From Candidatus Culexmicrobium cathedralense (GTDB lineage Archaea > Thermoproteota > Methanomethylicia > Culexarchaeales > Culexmicrobiaceae): a DNA stretch of 24,000 nucleotides. The stretch covers positions 21,678-45,677 of the forward strand of contig JANZKC010000003.1 of the NCBI GenBank assembly GCA_025061115.1. The letters run 5' to 3'. Below the pieces are notes generated by a model. That model ran no database searches. It was given only the letters and a program-made list of their open reading frames with translations, and was not told the DNA's origin. Below are positions 16,388 to 24,000 of this stretch, in pieces (position 1 is the stretch's first letter; each line of letters opens with the position of its first letter). The position numbers were made by a program, and so were the translations under genes.

Positions 16388-16496
16388 ATTAAACCTCCAG
16401 CAAATCTTTAATTGACATTTTAGTAGCTCATTGAGTGGGAATTTATATTTGTACATTAAATCTAATATAAGTTTCCAACTAAATTTAATTTGGTGA

Positions 16497-16829
16497 ATGT
16501 TATTGTCTAGTTTATCTTATGGAAAAGTTGCGGCAGCAATATTCTTCCTATACTTGGGGATCTCGGTATGGCTATACTCGAGCCAAGTAGTAACTGACGT
16601 TCTGATGTTATTTGCTGGATTACTGATAATGATTGGGGCATGGACAATTGTCTTTGGATTTATTGGTGTGAGGAGGGATTTGACTTTCTGGCTTGCTAAC
16701 GGTTCTTTTATATCATTAATTTCAGCAGCCATCTTTGCATTCCAACTAACAGGGCAAATTTCAACATCAATTGCAGTACTATTCATAGGAATAGGATTAC
16801 TAATCGTTGCTTTCATTTTAAGACGCTAA
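16497..16829 (+). CDS. hypothetical small integral membrane protein (about 4 predicted TM helices)
   Basis: 110-aa ORF with ATG after GGTGA (16492-16496). It consists of consecutive hydrophobic ~20-aa segments separated by short polar or charged loops (GVRRDL, terminal ILRR). The antisense ORF 16517-16816 has no protein-like features. Confidence 0.7.
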   Translation: MLLSSLSYGKVAAAIFFLYLGISVWLYSSQVVTDVLMLFAGLLIMIGAWTIVFGFIGVRRDLTFWLANGSFISLISAAIFAFQLTGQISTSIAVLFIGIGLLIVAFILRR

Positions 16830-16910
16830 CTCGAGATAAAAATGGCAGCGTTGATGCAAGTTTAAAATGAAAATAAAGAAGAAATAATTTATGCGTATTT
16901 TCATTTCTTT

Positions 16911-17924
16911 TTAAATTATTTCCTTAATGTTTTTGATTACGCTCCATACTTCATTTGGAATATACTTCTTTCCTAAAATAAAACTTAAAACTTTACTTTT
17001 TAATGATAGTTTTAATCTAAATCCGCAAGCATATGGATGTCCCCCTCCACCATATTTTTGAGCAATCGGCAAAAGGTTTATTTCTTTGCCTTTGGAGCCT
17101 ACGTAAAGTGAAATGGCGTTGTTTCGTCTTAGAACCATAATGAAATCTAAATCCAGTTTTTCGGATATTTTTCTTGCAATCCAGCTTTTTGGAAGATTTA
17201 CCTTTCGCAAATCTATGATTGCAAATTTCAAATTATTATGGGTTTTCATCTTAATTGCTCGTTTTATTGTTTTTGAAACTTCAGCTTCCGCTTCCTTTCT
17301 TAATCGGTCTGAAATTCTCCTTATTTCATCATCGAAAAATATTCCCTGGGTAAATTTTTTGAGAAGCTTCTTTTTCCATTTGCTTTTGTAGGTTAAGATT
17401 CTAAGTATAGGGCTTTCATTAAATTTATCTCTCAATGAATCGATATCGTCGGCGTACATTGCTATCTTCTTTGAGATTTCATCTTCCGGCATGAATTTTT
17501 CTAGAACTATTCTTGCTGCACTTGGTGCTTTTTCCATTAAAATTAGCTCAGCTATGTTGGATAACTTTTGAATGTATTCCCTTCTCCACTTGTGATGATC
17601 TATCCATGTAATTTTTGAACCATGATTTTTTATTTGTTTTAATTGCCTGAGAATTGAATGTTCATCAATAATGTTTGGGGATATGTCTGTTATGTATAGA
17701 GTAATTGAAGATTTTGGAATTACGCTTAGGACTCTTAATAATGATGAGGGTCCAGAGAATATGACTGAAATTGCTTTCTCATCGATTTTTTCCTTTAATT
17801 TCAGGTATCTTTTGAGAATTGCTGCGCATGAAATTCCATCTACGTCTGAGTGCGTTATTATGATTGCTTTAGGTTTTTTAAAGGCTATTTTCGCTCTGAG
17901 CTTGATTTCATCCAGCTTTCTCAT
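16911..17924 (-). CDS. DHH/DHHA1-family phosphoesterase (NrnA-like nanoRNase/pAp phosphatase type)
   Basis: 337-aa ORF with motif I IIITHSDVDGISCAAIL, motif II LYITDIS, motif III WIDHHKW (DHH), and the DHHA1 motif YGGGGHPYACGF near the C-terminus. Confidence 0.88.
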   Translation of the reverse strand: MRKLDEIKLRAKIAFKKPKAIIITHSDVDGISCAAILKRYLKLKEKIDEKAISVIFSGPSSLLRVLSVIPKSSITLYITDISPNIIDEHSILRQLKQIKNHGSKITWIDHHKWRREYIQKLSNIAELILMEKAPSAARIVLEKFMPEDEISKKIAMYADDIDSLRDKFNESPILRILTYKSKWKKKLLKKFTQGIFFDDEIRRISDRLRKEAEAEVSKTIKRAIKMKTHNNLKFAIIDLRKVNLPKSWIARKISEKLDLDFIMVLRRNNAISLYVGSKGKEINLLPIAQKYGGGGHPYACGFRLKLSLKSKVLSFILGKKYIPNEVWSVIKNIKEII

Positions 17925-18004
17925 GCATGCTTCAATGTGAAATTTTCAGCTTAATATATTTAACTTTAAATTATTTATGCTAATTATTTTGCGAATAAAA
18001 ATTC

Positions 18005-18346
18005 ATGTTAATATTCATTCTAGTAATATTTAAAAGTTGTTTTACAGATGTTATAGCGGTGACTTATTTGCTGATTGAACCTAGAAACTTAGGTTTTATA
18101 TTACTATTAATTGGATTGGGACTGCTATTGACTTCATTTGGATTAGCTTATGTGGCTTATGCTTCAGCAGAGTTGACAGTAAGCTTAGGGGGCGATATTG
18201 TTGAGGCTTTTACAGCGCTTATTCAAGTTATTGCGATGCTTCTTCCAAGATTGATTTGGATTGCAATTATGGTTTTCATCGGTAGTATTGTGCTGTCTAA
18301 GGGTATTTCTCTATTAAGCTCTAAACCTTCCGAGGAAGCGGGTTAG
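18005..18346 (+). CDS. hypothetical integral membrane protein
   Basis: 113-aa ORF with 3-4 hydrophobic segments and a polar tail (SSKPSEEAG). It is the first of three same-strand ORFs with 20-nt and -8-nt junctions. Confidence 0.6.
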   Translation: MLIFILVIFKSCFTDVIAVTYLLIEPRNLGFILLLIGLGLLLTSFGLAYVAYASAELTVSLGGDIVEAFTALIQVIAMLLPRLIWIAIMVFIGSIVLSKGISLLSSKPSEEAG

Positions 18347-18366
18347 TTAAGCTGCGGGGAAAATTA

Positions 18367-19077
18367 ATGATTGGAGCGACGTTGAGGAAGATATCTGCCG
18401 CATTTCTATTGGTTTCCATAGTCGCTGTCTTCCTAACACTTTACTTCATGGCTAATGACTTATCGACTTTAAGAGTCTTAGCAAGAATTGATGATATGAT
18501 GGTTGATAGTGATGGAGTTCATTTTAATTTAGAGTTGAATTTTACCTATAATGGATTGCGGCCTTTAATCAATTTTAAAGCAGTGCTCTTATTAAATAAT
18601 GAGTCATTCAGTTCGCGGGCATTGGATTTGAATAAAGGAACTACTATCTTCGTGATTCCATGCAAGCTTGGCCTATCCTATATTGGTAGAAATGTAACGG
18701 CATCAGTGGGCTTTAGCACTTCTTATGCTAACTTGATTCCAATTCATGTTTCACTACCTGCCAAGAGCTATATTCCGATTGAAGTGATAGCACCTGCTTC
18801 TGCAGTCTCCTCAATTGACTTTAATTCGTCTCATGCTGAAGTTTCATGTATGATCATTGCTTTGGCAAACATCAAGCTTAGTGGAGTTGCGAAGCTTACT
18901 TCCAATGGAATTGAGGTTGCTAAGACTAACATCCCTCCACTGAAGAGAGAATCTACTCAATTGTTGAAGTGGTATGTTAGATTTGAGGATCTTGAGAAGC
19001 TTGATGCAATTGAATTTTACTTGGACACGCCTACAGGTTACATTAAAATTTACGAGTGGAGGTTAAAGGGTGGTTAG
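18367..19077 (+). CDS. hypothetical membrane-anchored extracellular protein, beta-rich, with N-glycosylation sequons
   Basis: 236-aa ORF with an N-terminal anchor AAFLLVSIVAVFLTLYFMA followed by a beta-strand-like alternating sequence. It carries four N-x-S/T sequons (NFT, NES, NVT, NSS). No family recognised. Confidence 0.7.
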   Translation: MIGATLRKISAAFLLVSIVAVFLTLYFMANDLSTLRVLARIDDMMVDSDGVHFNLELNFTYNGLRPLINFKAVLLLNNESFSSRALDLNKGTTIFVIPCKLGLSYIGRNVTASVGFSTSYANLIPIHVSLPAKSYIPIEVIAPASAVSSIDFNSSHAEVSCMIIALANIKLSGVAKLTSNGIEVAKTNIPPLKRESTQLLKWYVRFEDLEKLDAIEFYLDTPTGYIKIYEWRLKGG

Positions 19078-19549
19078 GTTAAATTGGCATAGAATTAGGA
19101 GGATATCTAAAAGAATTGTTTTAGGCGTTTTTTCAGGTTTATTTAATTATGTCTTATACTTCATAATTCCAGATTACATCTATAAGTTTCTTAGATTCAT
19201 GATTTCGAGCGCTTATCCTGAAGTTGCAGGTGTTATTGGGCTTCCAGCAATTCGACCAACAGTGGAACTTTCAGCACTGGCGATATTCTTGATTTTAAGT
19301 TGCTTATCATCATTGCTTTCAGGTTCATGGTTTGGGTATTTAATTGCTGTAACTTCATCTTCTGTTTTCATGTTTTACGCCATTTCGCTCATGAATTTTG
19401 GAAGAATTTCCGTCGAGTACCAAGGTGTTGGCGTTACAGTTGAATTCTCGGTGCTTATAGTTGTTTGGTTTACGTCATTTATTTTGGATGTTTTGGGTCG
19501 AGCATTTGACTTGATTGAGCGCGAGGCGAAGTTTATCCCTACCCTCTAA
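19070..19549 (+). CDS. hypothetical integral membrane protein
   Basis: 159-aa ORF whose GTG 19070 overlaps the upstream stop by 8 nt. GGAGGT (19058-19063) lies 6 nt upstream, suggesting translational coupling. It has 4 hydrophobic segments. Confidence 0.7.
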   Translation: MVRLNWHRIRRISKRIVLGVFSGLFNYVLYFIIPDYIYKFLRFMISSAYPEVAGVIGLPAIRPTVELSALAIFLILSCLSSLLSGSWFGYLIAVTSSSVFMFYAISLMNFGRISVEYQGVGVTVEFSVLIVVWFTSFILDVLGRAFDLIEREAKFIPTL

Positions 19550-19718
19550 TGCCCCTTCCAAGTTTTCTTGCTGCTGCTATTGATGCGCTCATTGAGCCTA
19601 AAATAACGAATACTATTCCAATGTCTGAATTCGCCATTAATAGTACGACTCCGAGTACTGTTATTATAACGCCTAGAATCAGTATAAATGTTAATTCCTC
19701 TCCTCCACTTCTCCTCAT
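19539..19718 (-). CDS. small (59 aa) two-TM membrane protein; not in the supplied ORF track
   Basis: Hand translation of the third reverse frame gives MRRSGGEELTFILILGVIITVLGVVLLMANSDIGIVFVILGSMSASIAAARKLGRGIRG, then TAG. ATG 19718 lies 7 nt after GGTGGAG (rc of 19726-19732). The product has a positive N-terminus, two hydrophobic helices and a basic tail. The two track ORFs on this stretch (19546-19734 -, 19549-19752 +) look like low-complexity shadows. Confidence 0.45.
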   Translation of the reverse strand: MRRSGGEELTFILILGVIITVLGVVLLMANSDIGIVFVILGSMSASIAAARKLGRGIRG

Positions 19719-19813
19719 GTTTGATCTCCACCATTTAACTATACGACTTTAAGTTAAAAACTTAATGAATCTTAGTGCTTAAATCACTTTTATTTTCCCT
19801 TTTATTTAAACTA

Positions 19814-20371
19814 TTAAGTATTGCGGATGTTACTATTCTTAGCCCTTAAGATGGAGACTGTTCTTGCCATAATCTTGTAAATTAGCCTTAATGCGTTGAG
19901 GTCATCATAGCAGTGCTCTTTAATTAATTTTAAGGCTTCTATTTCCCCAGATATTGCTTTCATATAGATTGGAGGCATATCTTTACCCTTCAACTCTATT
20001 TTCTTTGGGATGTTGAAGAACCTGGCGACTGAATCCAAGCTGTAGTCACTTAGCTTGAGTAGTTTTTTAGCATATATGCACAGGTCTATGTGCTCTTTCA
20101 TCAGGATATTTGTGGGATCTAGTCCATGAAGCAAGCTTCTGGAAACTATCATGGGTATGTCGAAGCCATCGCCATACCATGTAACTATTATATCTACCTC
20201 TTCAATATTTGTAAGTAATTTTTTTAGCAGCTGCTTTTCCCCTTCAATTACGGTTCCCTCTAAAAATTCATGAATCCATTCTCCATCTTCGAACATTAGG
20301 CCGAATCCAACTATGAATCCGCTGTCAGCTGTTAGACTTGTGGCTTCAATGTCCAAAAACGATAGTTTCAT
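19814..20371 (-). CDS. DEDD-type 3'-5' exonuclease, RNase H-like fold (YprB / family-B-polymerase-exonuclease-like)
   Basis: 185-aa ORF with Exo I FLDIEAT, Exo II WYGDGFDIPM and Exo III EHCYDDLNAL. It is a single domain with no polymerase or helicase fusion. Confidence 0.78.
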   Translation of the reverse strand: MKLSFLDIEATSLTADSGFIVGFGLMFEDGEWIHEFLEGTVIEGEKQLLKKLLTNIEEVDIIVTWYGDGFDIPMIVSRSLLHGLDPTNILMKEHIDLCIYAKKLLKLSDYSLDSVARFFNIPKKIELKGKDMPPIYMKAISGEIEALKLIKEHCYDDLNALRLIYKIMARTVSILRAKNSNIRNT

Positions 20372-20426
20372 AATGTTACCTCCAACTCATTTATATTGTA
20401 AGTCAGGTATCTTAATTTTATTTGAG

Positions 20427-21068
20427 GTGCATTGCTTGCTTAATTTCCTCGCAGAGGTTGTGGCAATTACTGCTTCAGGCGCTCTTTCTCCAGGTCCATT
20501 AACCATAGCTACTATTAGGAGAGGAATCGAGCATGGTTGGAAAGCAGGTTTTCAAGTATCTATTGGCCATACGATTGGCGAGTTTTCATTAGTCATAGTT
20601 TTGGCGCTTGGTTTTTCTAAATTTTTGATCTTCGATTTTGCTAGAATTATTGTTGGTATTGTTGGAGGAATTGCTTTGGCAATTTATGGTATAATGCAGT
20701 TGAGATCTATAAGTAAGGATGACTTGGTTCATCCTCATGAAAATTATGATGGTAGTAGTGTTTGGATTGGACTTACCTTTTCAATATTTAATCCATATTT
20801 CATAGTGTGGTGGGCTACTGTTGGATTGAAGTTGATAGCGGATGCTCTTACCTATGCCTCATTTATGGGGATTATTGTTATGTACGTTGCTCACGTTTGG
20901 ATGGATTATGCATGGCTCATGCTTTTATCGCACTTGGCATTTGAAGGTAAGCGGCTTTTTAGTGAAAAAGCTTATAGGCTGCTTTTAGTTGGGCTATCTT
21001 TAATGATGCTTATTTTCGCTACCTACTTTATAGTTGATTCTACTCTTATTTTGCTGGCTCAAACCTGA
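20427..21068 (+). CDS. LysE/RhtB-family amino-acid exporter-like membrane protein
   Basis: The track ORF starts at 20313 but its first ~38 codons overlap the exonuclease gene. The likely start is GTG 20427 or TTG 20436, giving (M)LNFLAEVVAITASGALSPGPLTIATIRRG with the family SPGP motif near the N-terminus. About 6 hydrophobic segments and ~210 aa, as usual for LysE proteins. Confidence 0.78.
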   Translation: MHCLLNFLAEVVAITASGALSPGPLTIATIRRGIEHGWKAGFQVSIGHTIGEFSLVIVLALGFSKFLIFDFARIIVGIVGGIALAIYGIMQLRSISKDDLVHPHENYDGSSVWIGLTFSIFNPYFIVWWATVGLKLIADALTYASFMGIIVMYVAHVWMDYAWLMLLSHLAFEGKRLFSEKAYRLLLVGLSLMMLIFATYFIVDSTLILLAQT

Positions 21069-22155
21069 TTTCATGATCGAAATAATCTTGCAATTTTTCT
21101 TTTAGAGCATTCTTCCTTCTATTGTGTTGCTCCAGAATATTTATGAGAGCATTTGCCAGCATTTCCTTGCATCTCCCACATATCAATTCTCCTGCAACGC
21201 ACTTTTCCACATGTTTTTTGGCTTCATTCTCATCTGGAAACACGTATACTGTTAACCACTCGAAAACAACGCACTTATTCGGTTCTCCTCCAAGTTCCCT
21301 CTGCTCCTTAACTGTCGGCCTTCCGCCAGTAAATGCGTTCCAGACCTTCTTTTTAATGATCTCTGGCGTGTCATTGGTGAATATGCATGTTTCTGGCTTT
21401 GAAGCTGACATGGGCTCTCCAGTTAATCCCTTTAAGTATTTTGTGTAGATTGACGCTGGCTTGAACACCTTAATTTTACCAGCGATGTCTCGTGTTAATC
21501 TCATGTACGGATCCTGATCCATTGCAATAGGCACTACTACTGGATATCCATATTTTATTGTTGGCATAAGAATGTGTGCTGCTTGAACTGCAGCGTAAAA
21601 TACAACTCCTGGATTTGCACTTTCATTCAATCCGAAGGTTGCTCTGACAGTGCTGTATGTCAAGTGTCTTGAAAGCTTTATGGATAATGGGTATACCCAG
21701 CTTGTTCGAGATGATATATACATGTGAGTTTTTGATGGATCATAGCCTAGAGCGGCTATGTCAAGTGCATTGTCTATTGCATATTTATACGCCTCTTCAA
21801 GGCTGCCTACCTTTTCAAAGACGAACTTTTCATCATCTGATAGTGGTATAAAGACTTCAGCGTTCAGCTCTTTTTGCAGCCATCGAATGAAGTCGAATAC
21901 TATTAGGTGTCCTAAATGCATGTAATTTGATGGTCCTCTTCCAGATACTATTGCTACTTGCTTTCCGCTCTTGAACTCTTTTAAGTACTCATCGAAGTCT
22001 CTATGTGCAAAGAAGAATCCAAATTTAACTAATTTATATTTCTCCTTAAATATGTCTAAAATTTCTAAATTCAAAGGTTTGGCGCCGAATTCTTTAATTA
22101 GCTTTTCATAGTCTGCTTTTTTCTTTAATCCCTCAATCTCTCCAAACGCGACCAC
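21046..22155 (-). CDS. trpS: tryptophanyl-tRNA synthetase (archaeal/eukaryal type)
   Basis: 369-aa ORF with GTG start 22155 (in-frame TGA two codons upstream). Motifs: FFFAHRDF, SGRGPSNYMHLGHL (HIGH-type), AMDQDPYMRLTRD, PMSASKP (KMSAS-type), plus a C-terminal Cys cluster CVAGELICGRC. The 3' end overlaps the LysE-like gene by 23 nt. Confidence 0.93.
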   Translation of the reverse strand: MVAFGEIEGLKKKADYEKLIKEFGAKPLNLEILDIFKEKYKLVKFGFFFAHRDFDEYLKEFKSGKQVAIVSGRGPSNYMHLGHLIVFDFIRWLQKELNAEVFIPLSDDEKFVFEKVGSLEEAYKYAIDNALDIAALGYDPSKTHMYISSRTSWVYPLSIKLSRHLTYSTVRATFGLNESANPGVVFYAAVQAAHILMPTIKYGYPVVVPIAMDQDPYMRLTRDIAGKIKVFKPASIYTKYLKGLTGEPMSASKPETCIFTNDTPEIIKKKVWNAFTGGRPTVKEQRELGGEPNKCVVFEWLTVYVFPDENEAKKHVEKCVAGELICGRCKEMLANALINILEQHNRRKNALKEKLQDYFDHEIRFEPAK

Positions 22156-22259
22156 CCATCACCACTGCACCTCTTATTTTATGCAATTAAATAGATATGT
22201 ACTATAGTTAAATGTTTTTTGAAATTAATAGGTTTGTGTGCAGGGTGAGGTGAGAGATT

Positions 22260-22637
22260 ATGGTTAAGGTAATATATAAACCGATAAAGGAGGTAGTGAT
22301 TTTCGAGTGCGTCTACTACCCAAATTTGGAGCTATTTACTCGAAACTTGAGAGTCTTGATGAGGCTTGGGCAACCAGTACTCCTTGCTTGGGCTGAAGGC
22401 ATCCTATTTACGCACACTTCCCTATCGCCTGCAACTGATAAAGTAGTAAGTGAGCTCATGGAAGGAAGGGTATTTTGGCCATCAGTAGCGTACACCGTCT
22501 TGCCCAAATATCAACCAGTAATTAAAGTCAATGCACTAGAAATACATGTTGTGGACGTTTCACTGAATCCAGTTTTAAGGGAAGTTGCGATTTGGCTTAA
22601 AAATAGGATTAATCAGTTTAGAATAAATTCGCAGTGA
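22260..22637 (+). CDS. hypothetical protein (no recognisable family)
   Basis: 125-aa ORF with ATG preceded by GGTGAGGTGAG. Composition is protein-like and it is divergent from trpS. No motif recognised. Confidence 0.6.
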   Translation: MVKVIYKPIKEVVIFECVYYPNLELFTRNLRVLMRLGQPVLLAWAEGILFTHTSLSPATDKVVSELMEGRVFWPSVAYTVLPKYQPVIKVNALEIHVVDVSLNPVLREVAIWLKNRINQFRINSQ

Positions 22638-22793
22638 AAAATTTTATTTCGCTTGAACTTCGCATAATCGGCGTGTTCAAATTTTTGAATGTAAATTTTT
22701 GCATCTTTCTAATAATGTTAAAAATTAGTTAAACATCAAATGAAATAAATATTCGTTAGCCCACACGTAGCTCGGTGAATTTAAATTATTAGA

Positions 22794-23547
22794 ATGAGTA
22801 GGTCTGCTGCTATTTCTCTTGTTACTATATTACTAATAGTTTCACTACTAGGAATGGTTATCTCCACATGACTAGCACGTAATAAACTTACTTTTAATCA
22901 AAGTTCGCAAGAAAGCGAAAAGCCTCATATAAGTACTATAACTGTTACAGGACAAGCATCCATCTATGCATATCCAGATCAAGCTGAATTGGTTATATCA
23001 ATTATCACCCAAGCTAAATTAGCCGATGAAGCTGTCAAGGAAATTCAGCTAGGACAAGCGATGCCGTAGACGCTTTAATTAAATTAGGAATTTCAAAAAG
23101 CGATATTGAGATAATTCGATATTCTCTAGTTCCCATATACTACTATTCGTCTAAAGTAACATTGATAACTGGTTATAAATTTATCTACGAACTTTAAATA
23201 ACAGTCCAACCCATCGATATTCTAGGCAAAGTGATGGATGAATCTGTAACTGCAGGTGCAAATAGAATTTCCTACATAGTATTTAAGCCGTCGGAAGAAA
23301 GCTCAAAGAGCTAAGAAATGAAGCATTGCGAAAAGCTTTAGAAAATGCAGTTGAAAAAGCCAATATAATGGCTGAAGTACTTAACATTCATTTGACTAGA
23401 GTTCTTCAAGTAACTGAAAACGTATTTCAACCAAGTTGGAAACATTATTACGTTGAATATGGTGTGGTTGAAAGTGAAACCCCAATAATTCCAGGAGAAT
23501 TCAAAGTAACTGCAAACGTGCAAGTAGTCTTCGAAACTTCTAGTTAA
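22794..23547 (+). pseudogene. SIMPL/DUF541-like secreted or membrane-anchored protein gene, disrupted by two nonsense codons and two -1 frameshifts
   Basis: Hand translation across three frames restores a collinear SIMPL-like protein. Segments in order: MSRSAAISLVTILLIVSLLGMVIST[TGA 22869-22871]LARNKLTFNQSSQESEKPHISTITVTGQASIYAYPDQAELVISIITQAKLADEAVKE; frameshift at A-run 23041-23043; NSARTSDAVDALIKLGISKSDIEIIRYSLVPIYYYSSKVTLITGYKFIYEL[TAA 23195-23197]ITVQPIDILGKVMDESVTAGANRISYIVFKPSEE; frameshift at A-run 23298-23300; KLKELRNEALRKALENAVEKANIMAEVLNIHLTRVLQVTEN...PIIPGEFKVTANVQVVFETSS. The track ORF 23326-23547 is only the C-terminal fragment. Confidence 0.75.
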
Positions 23548-23670
23548 AATTTAGGTTCTTCTTATTATATTCTTATATTTTTTACTTAATTATTTAAATT
23601 GAGGCTGAAATATAAATTTTTTATTTGATAACTGCTAGGATCTGATGGGCGCTAGCCAACGACTTGAAAC

Positions 23671-24000
23671 TTAATTATTAAGTTTTTTCATTAATGTGCT
23701 AGCGAGAATTTCAAGTTTATCTTTAAACTCGCAATTGAATTCCTTTGAAGCTTCAAGAGCTGCATTTAAGATTACCTTGCTCCATTTAGGTGTAATTTTA
23801 AGCAAATATTTTTCAATTTTAATTAAATTTTTCCGATGAATTTTAGTTGCGGGTAAAGCGCACATAACTACCTTTAATATTGAAGCGAGAGCCAAGGCTC
23901 TATAGCTCAAATTTAGCTCACTTAAATTATAAACATCAAATTCATTTTCAGAAGGAATTAAAAGAAAATTTATGTATGCAAGCTGGTCCTCGATAAAATT
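23671..24000 (-). CDS. hypothetical protein, C-terminal part (5' end beyond the window end), predicted all-alpha
   Basis: The track gives 79 aa from TTG 23910, but the same reverse frame stays open to position 24000 (...FIEDQLAYINFLLIPSENEFDVYNLSELNLSYRALALAS...), so the gene probably starts outside the window. No family recognised. Confidence 0.45.
   Translation of the reverse strand, partial: NFIEDQLAYINFLLIPSENEFDVYNLSELNLSYRALALASILKVVMCALPATKIHRKNLIKIEKYLLKITPKWSKVILNAALEASKEFNCEFKDKLEILASTLMKKLNN

Noticed and set aside
16388-16456. 23-codon N-terminal extension of carbamate kinase (MYKYKFPLNELLKCQLKICWRFN)
   Set aside because: The internal ATG 16387 has GGAGGT upstream and yields the canonical MTKRVLVALGGNA N-terminus and the normal length.
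19546-19752. Track ORFs 19546-19734 (-) and 19549-19752 (+)
   Set aside because: Neither has a plausible SD or protein-like composition. The third reverse frame gives a clean two-TM peptide with an SD, and that is the one I annotated.
20313-20426. N-terminal extension of the LysE-like ORF overlapping the exonuclease gene start
   Set aside because: The extension would overlap a divergent gene by 59 nt and would consume the shared promoter region. The family normally begins ~15-20 aa before the SPGP motif.
22676-22689. Palindrome TTCAAA-TT-TTTGAA in the spacer after the 125-aa ORF
   Set aside because: It is a short, purely A/T palindrome in AT-rich intergenic DNA and is expected by chance.
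22869-22871. In-frame TGA as selenocysteine or other recoding in the SIMPL-like gene
   Set aside because: The same gene also carries an in-frame TAA and two frameshifts, and the position is a linker after a signal anchor. A TGG-to-TGA nonsense mutation in a pseudogene is the simplest reading.
23326-23547. 73-aa ORF as an independent gene
   Set aside because: It is the C-terminal fragment of the disrupted SIMPL-like gene, and the upstream frames continue the same domain.
1-24000. Scan for CRISPR repeats, tRNA/rRNA genes, IS elements, integrases and terminal inverted repeats
   Set aside because: I found no regularly spaced repeats, no cloverleaf-compatible GC-rich segments in the spacers, and no transposase- or integrase-like ORFs. 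This was a by-eye scan only, so tRNAscan-SE/Infernal and ISfinder-type searches should confirm it.

Overview
This window reads as a gene-dense (roughly 90% coding) chromosomal segment of an AT-rich thermophilic or hyperthermophilic archaeon. The evidence is a full-length single-chain reverse gyrase (9585-13232), an archaeal/eukaryal-type TrpRS (HLGH / KMSAS-like), carbamate kinase, MoaB, recurrent GGAGGTG-type Shine-Dalgarno motifs and frequent GTG/TTG starts. I call 24 CDS and one multi-lesion pseudogene (a SIMPL/DUF541-like gene). Two of the CDS run off the window edges, and one is a 59-aa ORF absent from the supplied track. I saw no rRNA, tRNA, CRISPR array, transposase, integrase or other clear mobile element. 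The left third (1997-8044) groups amino-acid stereochemistry and hydrolysis enzymes: a YtcJ-like amidohydrolase, a class-III PLP enzyme, DapF and a D-aminoacylase. The middle holds reverse gyrase, with a tightly coupled arcC-moaB-TOPRIM-DUF763 unit converging on it. The right third holds a DHH/DHHA1 phosphoesterase, an uncharacterised membrane/glycoprotein operon, a stand-alone DEDD exonuclease, a LysE-type exporter, trpS and a decaying accessory-looking tail. The best candidate for something undescribed is a 149-aa sensor-less GGDEF/Cas10-palm-like protein (8988-9437). It sits 47 nt upstream of, and co-directional with, an effector-less 4xCBS protein, and divergent from reverse gyrase, so the pair may be a nucleotide-signal generator and receptor. 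All family assignments come from by-eye motif recognition only. No searches were run, and the novelty claims are hypotheses.
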